In this document: one piece after another, positions 58,564 through 64,000 of the stretch
Numbering within the stretch: position 1 is the first letter of the stretch
Layout of the letters: every line of letters starts with the position of its first letter
Origin: Bryobacteraceae bacterium
GTDB lineage: Bacteria; Acidobacteriota; Terriglobia; Bryobacterales; Bryobacteraceae
Assembly: GCA_046155405.1 (NCBI GenBank)
Contig: JBJXFL010000014.1
Coordinates: forward strand, 18,119-82,118
Direction of reading: 5' to 3'
DNA: 64,000 bases
Made by a program: the position numbers and the translations under genes
Notes under the pieces: generated by a model
Database searches by the model: none
What the model saw: the letters and a program-made list of their open reading frames with translations, nothing else
Told to the model about the DNA's origin: nothing

Positions 58564-59655
58564 ATGCGTTCTTGGCGGATAATAGCGGCCGGTTTGGCAC
58601 TGCTCGTGGTGAGCGTTCCGATCCATGGACAGTTGTTTCCGCGATTGAAGGAAATGCGGGAGCGCCGAAAGCAGAAGTCGAATGGACCCGCCGAAGCCAA
58701 CACCGCCGCCGTAACCGCGCGCCAATCGGTCGCCTGCGGCGATAATTTGAACGTCGGCTATCGCGTGGTTTCGTTTTCCAGCGGACTGCGGGCGGCCGTC
58801 TGGTTCCCTTCCACGGAAGCGGAGGCTCCGTTCGGCTATGCCAACGGATTGGCCTCTTCGGTGGGAACCGATGCCGCTATCGCCAATTGCGGCGACCGCT
58901 ATCCTGTCGCCGTTTTCTCTCATGGATTCGGCGGCTGTGGGACCCAATCGGCCTTTTTTACGGAGTCGCTCGCCAGACGGGGCTACATCGTCGTCGCGCC
59001 GGACCATAAAGATGCCAAATGTAAAGTGGATCAACCGCGCGAAGGCAGCGTTTTCGGCCGGGCCGAAGAACCTTTCAGGAAGCCCAAGGAGTGGTCGGAT
59101 AAAACGTACATCGACCGGCGCGACGATATAAGAACGATCCTTGACGAACTCGCCAGCCTGCCGCTTCTCCAAGGTCGTGTCGACATGGGCCGTGTCGCCG
59201 GCGTCGGTCACTCGCTGGGCGGATACACCATGATTGGCATGGCGGGAGGTTGGAACTCCTGGCGCGACGAGCGCATCAAAGTATTGCTGCTGTTTTCGCC
59301 CTATGCCGCTCCTTATCTGGTCCAGAAGCGCCTGCCGTCCGTTCGCGTCCCCGTCATGTATCAGGGCGGCACGCGCGACCGCGGAATTACACCGGAACTT
59401 CGGAAGGCGGGCGGGGTTTACGATATGTCGAACTCGCCTAAGTACTTTGTCGAGTTGAAGGATCACGGACATTTTGATTGGACCGTGAGAGTTTGCGGAG
59501 TCGGCGGGACCATAGCCTCTTGCACGGGCTCCGGTAACGCTAAATTGATTAACCAATTCGGCATCCAGTTTCTGAATCGGTACGTTAAGGGGGATGGTCC
59601 GGGTCCGGATTCCTCCGGCCGGTCGGCGCTGGCTGATTTTCGTTCCAAGGAGTAA
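58564..59655 (+). CDS. Secreted PAF-acetylhydrolase-family lipase/esterase
   Basis: Signal peptide. VAVFSHGFGGCGTQSAFFTESLARRGYIVVAPDHKD (PAF-AH signature), GHSLGGYT nucleophile elbow, GGTRD, DHGHF. I prefer the ATG at 58564 (AGGAG 9 nt upstream) over the TTG at 58555. Confidence 0.8.
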   Translation: MRSWRIIAAGLALLVVSVPIHGQLFPRLKEMRERRKQKSNGPAEANTAAVTARQSVACGDNLNVGYRVVSFSSGLRAAVWFPSTEAEAPFGYANGLASSVGTDAAIANCGDRYPVAVFSHGFGGCGTQSAFFTESLARRGYIVVAPDHKDAKCKVDQPREGSVFGRAEEPFRKPKEWSDKTYIDRRDDIRTILDELASLPLLQGRVDMGRVAGVGHSLGGYTMIGMAGGWNSWRDERIKVLLLFSPYAAPYLVQKRLPSVRVPVMYQGGTRDRGITPELRKAGGVYDMSNSPKYFVELKDHGHFDWTVRVCGVGGTIASCTGSGNAKLINQFGIQFLNRYVKGDGPGPDSSGRSALADFRSKE

Positions 59656-59657
59656 TC

Positions 59658-61313
59658 ATGCATAAGCTGATTTTGTGGGGAATTCTAATTGTGGGCACCG
59701 GCGTTGCATCGTACGCGCAGTGCCCGGCGACGTTGCAGGTTGGCTACCGGACCGTGACGGCTAATGGGCGGTCGACGGTTATCTGGTACCCGACGACGGC
59801 GCCTGAATCTACCGTCAGCTATGGCAGATTGAACGGTTCGGCGGCCCAAGACGCCGCCGCGGCCACATGCGCCCGCTTTCCCGTGGTGATGTTCTCCCAC
59901 GGCTTTTCCGGCTGCAACACGCAGTCCGTTCACATCACGGAAACGCTCGCGCGCCGGGGCTATATCGTAGTCGCGCCCAACCACAGGGACGCAAGTTGCA
60001 ACGCCGATGGCGGCACTGGCATTCAACTTCCTTTCACGCAACCCGAAACCTGGACGGACGGTACCTACTCCGATCGCCGGGATGATATCAAGGCCACTTT
60101 GGATTGGCTCCTGGCCAGTCCGGAATTTAGCGGGTCCGCCGACCCAACTCGTATCGCGGCCGCCGGTCACTCGCTCGGAGGCTATACCTCCATCGGGTTG
60201 ACGGGCGGTTGGCCTTCCTGGAAAGATCCCCGGTTTAAGGCGGCCCTTCTCCTCTCACCGTACCTGGAACCCTATCTCATCCAGAACCGTTTGGCGGGCA
60301 TGAGCGTTCCCGCCTTGTATCAGGGCGGAACGCTGGATATCACCATTACGCCGTATATCGACGGCAGCAAGGGAAACGCGTACGCCATGTCGGGCGCTCC
60401 GAAACTGTACCTTTCGCTCTCCCGAGCCACTCATTTTGAGTGGACGAATTCGACGTGTACCAGGGTCGCATCCACTATCGCCTCTTGTCTGAGCGCGGAC
60501 GCGAACGCCCGGCTGGCCGTCGATTACTCCAGCAATTTCCTCGATCGTTTCCTTAGCGGCACGGACCGGACCGCCCTCTGGTCCGCGCAGCCCGGACTCG
60601 CCGAGTTCCGGCGGCTTTCCCTGGCCTCGCCCGTTTCCGCGGCGAGCTACCTTGATTCCACCGTCGCCACCGACTCGATTGTCGCCGCCTTTGGCGACGC
60701 CATGGCCGCCGGCGCGACCTCGGCTAGCAGCGTGCCTCTTCCCACCACTTTGGGTGGCGTGACTGTTTCACTCGAGGATTCCAACCGCCGTGTGCATGCG
60801 GCGCAGATCTTCTTCGTTTCGCCGCGCCAAGTGAATTTCCTCCTGCCCGCCGATGTGGCCCCTGGCGCGGTCAACGTCACCGTCCGCAACGGTACCGAAA
60901 TCGTCTCCACCGGTAAACTTAACGCGCTTCCCGTCGTCCCGGCGCTCTTCTCCGCGGCCGGCGATGGAAAAGGGGTTCCGGCCGCCCAGTCCCTGCTTGT
61001 GAAGCCCGATGGGTCCCGCTCGCTGGATCTGATTTTCACCCCTTCCACGCTCGCGCCTATCGCCCTCGATCACCGCGCCGGCGAATTGTACATTATCCTC
61101 TATGGGACGGGATTCCGCCGCGGTGCCGCCGCCGAAGCGAAGATCGGCTCCGTCACCGTTCCAGTTTTCGGGATTTCTTCCACGCCTGGCTTCTTTGGGC
61201 TGGACCAAATCGCCATTGGACCCATTCCGGCCGGGGTTCCGGCCGGCGTTTCCGATCTTGTAATTACCGTTGAGGGACGCGCCGCCAATACGGTCAAATT
61301 GACGTTTAAATGA
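59658..61313 (+). CDS. Secreted PAF-acetylhydrolase-family lipase paralog fused to a TIGR03437-like C-terminal domain
   Basis: VVMFSHGFSGCNTQSVHITETLARRGYIVVAPNHRD, GHSLGGYTS. C-terminal VPALFSAAGDGKG...ILYGTGF...GFFGLDQIAIGPIP...VKLTFK. It starts 2 nt after the previous stop. Confidence 0.8.
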   Translation: MHKLILWGILIVGTGVASYAQCPATLQVGYRTVTANGRSTVIWYPTTAPESTVSYGRLNGSAAQDAAAATCARFPVVMFSHGFSGCNTQSVHITETLARRGYIVVAPNHRDASCNADGGTGIQLPFTQPETWTDGTYSDRRDDIKATLDWLLASPEFSGSADPTRIAAAGHSLGGYTSIGLTGGWPSWKDPRFKAALLLSPYLEPYLIQNRLAGMSVPALYQGGTLDITITPYIDGSKGNAYAMSGAPKLYLSLSRATHFEWTNSTCTRVASTIASCLSADANARLAVDYSSNFLDRFLSGTDRTALWSAQPGLAEFRRLSLASPVSAASYLDSTVATDSIVAAFGDAMAAGATSASSVPLPTTLGGVTVSLEDSNRRVHAAQIFFVSPRQVNFLLPADVAPGAVNVTVRNGTEIVSTGKLNALPVVPALFSAAGDGKGVPAAQSLLVKPDGSRSLDLIFTPSTLAPIALDHRAGELYIILYGTGFRRGAAAEAKIGSVTVPVFGISSTPGFFGLDQIAIGPIPAGVPAGVSDLVITVEGRAANTVKLTFK

Positions 61314-61687
61314 GTGAATCCAACGAAAACCTCCTTCGGCGGTACCTTGCCTGTTTGAACAATAAGGATCTAGCCGGATGCATGGCATGCTTCGCCGATG
61401 GATCGCTGATCCGCATCCGGGACAAGGAGCATGCCGGTCTGAAGGCGATAGAAGCATGGCATACGGAGCGCTTTGGCGCCAATCTTCGCGCTCTGGAGCC
61501 GGAAAACTATCGCCTTAGCGATGGCGAAGCGTCCATCGATTTCCAACTCACCTCGGACCGGCTGGCTGGCCGGAGATTGGAAAAGCTGCCCGCCACGCTG
61601 ATTGCCGCTGTCGAAGGAACCCAGTTTTCGCAGGCCCAGATCAAAATCCGGCTAGGCGCCGGATTGCTAAATTTGTTCGGTTTCTAG
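61310..61687 (+). CDS. SnoaL-like / NTF2-fold protein
   Basis: N-terminal LLRRYLACLNNKDLAGCMACFADG, typical of SnoaL/NTF2-like domains. ATGA overlap with the upstream stop. Confidence 0.68.
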   Translation: MSESNENLLRRYLACLNNKDLAGCMACFADGSLIRIRDKEHAGLKAIEAWHTERFGANLRALEPENYRLSDGEASIDFQLTSDRLAGRRLEKLPATLIAAVEGTQFSQAQIKIRLGAGLLNLFGF

Positions 61688-61702
61688 CCGAAAAAGGCAA
61701 AA

Positions 61703-61747
61703 GACAAGGCCCCGGCGGAAGCTGGGGCCTTGTCTTTTTTTGTTTTT
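61703..61747. terminator. Bidirectional intrinsic terminator
   Basis: Perfect 11-bp stem GACAAGGCCCC / GGGGCCTTGTC (61703-61713 and 61724-61734) with a 10-nt loop. It is followed by TTTTTTTGTTTTT and preceded by an A-rich tract. It lies between convergent genes. Confidence 0.78.
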
Positions 61748-61755
61748 GATTCTTA

Positions 61756-62589
61756 CTATTGCTTAATCCGTCGGCGACCCGCCAAGGCAAGGCCAGCCAG
61801 TCCGAGGCTCATCAGCGCCCAGGTGCCCGGTTCCGGAATCCTATTGACCACGTCCACGTCCATGACGATGTTCAGATCCGCCGTCTTGTCCCACAGACCG
61901 GCGGACTCCGGATTGGTCAGCCCGGAAGCCGCGGTTGGGTCCGTGACGTTGAAAACACGGAAACGGCCGTCCGCCTGATTCTGGAAGCTGCCGCTCAAAA
62001 GCGCGTTCGACCCGTGATTGAACCAGTAGCCGTAGAAGCTCTGCGCATCCGGGGCCGTGCCGACGCCCTGAACGGCGTATTCGTAGAGCGTCCCGCCGTA
62101 TATAGTCCAATTCAGGTTGGAGAACGTGGTCGCCCACAGCGGGAAGAAGGCGCCGGCGAACCCTACCGCTTCATAGTCTTCCGCATTGGCATACTGAATC
62201 AATTCGTGCTGAATGTCGGGATTGCTGTTCGCCACCAGCGTGCCGCTAAAAGTCGTGTCGGGCGCGCCTGCGGCCAACTGCAAAAGCGCCTCGCCCGGGG
62301 TGCGGCCCCACAATGCCACCGAACTGAACTCGTTGCCAAGGGGGTCGTTCAAATTGCTTGCCACGGAGTAAACGGTGATGCTGTTGATCCGGTAGATAAA
62401 GCCCGCCGCCAGCGTAAAGTCATCCCCATTCATGAAGCCAAGATCGCTCTCCGCAAAAGAGATGTTGCTCCGATTCGCGCCGGCAGATTCGTTCAGGTTG
62501 ATCCCGGGCAGCGCGCGATAGTTGATGCTTGCAGCCGAGAGTGCGCTTGATAGCGTGATAGCCACCAGCGCCCCTTGTAATATTTTCAT
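61756..62589 (-). CDS. PEP-CTERM-anchored secreted protein
   Basis: ATG at 62589 preceded by GGAGGA. Signal peptide MKILQGALVAITLSSALSAAS. C-terminal IPEPGTWALMSLGLAGLALAGRRRIKQ. Confidence 0.8.
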   Translation of the reverse strand: MKILQGALVAITLSSALSAASINYRALPGINLNESAGANRSNISFAESDLGFMNGDDFTLAAGFIYRINSITVYSVASNLNDPLGNEFSSVALWGRTPGEALLQLAAGAPDTTFSGTLVANSNPDIQHELIQYANAEDYEAVGFAGAFFPLWATTFSNLNWTIYGGTLYEYAVQGVGTAPDAQSFYGYWFNHGSNALLSGSFQNQADGRFRVFNVTDPTAASGLTNPESAGLWDKTADLNIVMDVDVVNRIPEPGTWALMSLGLAGLALAGRRRIKQ

Positions 62590-62847
62590 AATGAACACTC
62601 CTCCGTAATTGTCTACAAAGCGAACAAACATACAACTAACAAACGGCATACCGTATATCTAAGCCTCAGCCCGTAGTGCTAATGTAATGTCTCCGATTCT
62701 CTCACGCTTTTGGGGTGTGATCAAGACCTATCGACGGCGGCAAAGACGGGTGGTTTTGCTACATCTAGTACCATTGGGAAGAATACCCCCGCCTCCGTTA
62801 GGGAGTAGGAAAATCGGATGGAAAGACCCATGCGTTAGAGTAAGAGA

Positions 62848-63594
62848 ATGTCCGAATCCCAGGCACGGCGTTTGACTGGATTGGTGCTGCTGCTCGGTTC
62901 GCTGGCCCTGGCGGTTCCTCTGTTGCCGGGCCTGCCCGCGGGTTCCGGTTTTTTGCTGTTCCATGTCGCTTGGCCGCTCCTGTTCTTCTCGGCCGGATTG
63001 ACCGGGCGAACTCCGTGGGTCGTGTTCGTCGCCGGCGGTGCGCTCGGCGTGCATGGATTAACCGCCGGTTGGTCCGTAAGTAATTGGATCGCAACAGTTG
63101 CGGCCGGGATGTCGCTCGCGCTTTGGGGCCTGGACCGGGCGCTGGATCAAGTTCTGCGCCAAGCTTCAAATACCGGATTTGCCGCCTTCCTGGCGAGGAA
63201 ACGCGGGAATGTGCTGCTTCTGGCCCTTCCCGTGGCGGCCGTCCTTTTCAACGCCGATAGCCTGGACGGCTATGCCGGCGGCCAACTGCCGATTCTGGCC
63301 TGCGGAGCTCTTTACTTCCTGGTCGCGGCCGTTTTCAGACGCCGAACCGAGTTGATGGAGGCGCTCGCCGAGCGTTGGCGCATCAAGCTCGGGATCACGT
63401 TCGTGTTCTCCCTCATTCTCGCGATCGCCCACTATCGACTCAATTTCGGGACTGACGTACTAGTACCAATGCAAGACTGGCGTCGCGGAATATTCTGCCT
63501 CAGCTACGCTTTCCTGGGCTGGCGCTGGTGCTACGCGTTGTATGGATGGGCCGTTGGCGCGGCTGGATTTGGGGGGCGGGGCGTGCCGCGGTAA
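62848..63594 (+). CDS. Hypothetical polytopic membrane protein
   Basis: Several hydrophobic segments (LVLLLGSLALAVPLLPGL, VVFVAGGALGVHGL, ILACGALYFLVAAVF, ITFVFSLILAIAHY). Confidence 0.6.
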   Translation: MSESQARRLTGLVLLLGSLALAVPLLPGLPAGSGFLLFHVAWPLLFFSAGLTGRTPWVVFVAGGALGVHGLTAGWSVSNWIATVAAGMSLALWGLDRALDQVLRQASNTGFAAFLARKRGNVLLLALPVAAVLFNADSLDGYAGGQLPILACGALYFLVAAVFRRRTELMEALAERWRIKLGITFVFSLILAIAHYRLNFGTDVLVPMQDWRRGIFCLSYAFLGWRWCYALYGWAVGAAGFGGRGVPR

Positions 63595-63734
63595 TTTTGT
63601 ACGGCTGCGGGGGAGATTCGGGAGCGGCCGGGATGGGCGTCCCACGGCAACATCGCCGATCCCGATTCGACACCCCAATCAGCTATACTCCCCAATGGCG
63701 GGACACTACCACACCGTGCCGCCCAGGAGCAGTC

Positions 63735-64000
63735 ATGAGTCGTTTCCTTGCCCTCGCCGCGAGCGCCTTTTTCCTCGCCGCTTCCTCCCTCGCCGGCCCC
63801 ATCGACGGCAAGTGGGTTTCCGAACGAAAAATGGAGCGCGACGGCCAGTCGATGACCATCGTCCAAACCTTCGAACTCAAAGCCGAAGGCGCCAAGCTCA
63901 CCGGCAAATTCTCCATGAAATTCGGCGAGATGGAGCCACCGCCCGGCGAAATCAAGGACGGCAAAATCGATGGCGATAAATTCTCCTTCACCACCATGAT
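63735..64000 (+). CDS. Secreted hypothetical protein (N-terminal part; runs off the right edge)
   Basis: The ATG at 63735 gives MSRFLALAASAFFLAASSLAGPIDGKWVSERKMERDGQSMTIVQTFELKAEGAKLTGKFS.... It has a signal peptide and no stop before the window ends. Confidence 0.55.
   Translation, partial: MSRFLALAASAFFLAASSLAGPIDGKWVSERKMERDGQSMTIVQTFELKAEGAKLTGKFSMKFGEMEPPPGEIKDGKIDGDKFSFTTM

Overview
High-GC (roughly 60%+ by eye), gene-dense bacterial chromosome segment. All identifications come from motif recognition only; no searches were run. Three proteins carry a C-terminal domain that I recall as the Solibacter-type domain (TIGR03437-like), and two carry PEP-CTERM anchors. There are also CarboxypepD_reg-type TonB-dependent receptors, so the lineage is most consistent with Acidobacteriota, Solibacter/Bryobacter-like.

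Left to right, the window contains:
- a CzrA/SmtB-like metal sensor with a perfect 12-2-12 operator and a His-rich protein
- a GDP-fucose/GDP-mannose glycan locus with two diverged gmd paralogs, fcl and four glycosyltransferase domains, interrupted by a decayed DUF433/DUF5615 toxin-antitoxin cassette and a relic glycosyltransferase 3' end
- a TonB-dependent receptor plus a large secreted protein
- feoAB, trxB, a catalytically degenerate M1-peptidase homolog with TPRs, and lpxB
- modBC with a duplicated modB leader and 5' end, and a thiE-like gene
- an astacin-type protease and lhgO
- an orphan three-gene tad-like module whose CpaB is fused to a secretin-like C-terminus
- a TauE exporter

The standout is a ~22 kb single-strand operon (about 39.4-61.7 kb). 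It encodes two giant PUFA-synthase/enediyne-PKSE-like iterative synthases: ER-like x2-KS-AT-ACP-KR-DH (2767 aa) and KS-AT-DH-degenerate-PPTase-like (1653 aa). It also encodes a free ACP, an alkaline-phosphatase-family enzyme, an alpha/beta hydrolase, a secreted repeat protein, an Sfp-type PPTase, two secreted PAF-acetylhydrolase-like lipases and a SnoaL-like protein. This architecture matches no canonical pfa, hgl or enediyne locus that I know, and its product is unknown.

I could not support any rRNA, tRNA, CRISPR array, transposase or integrase in the window.
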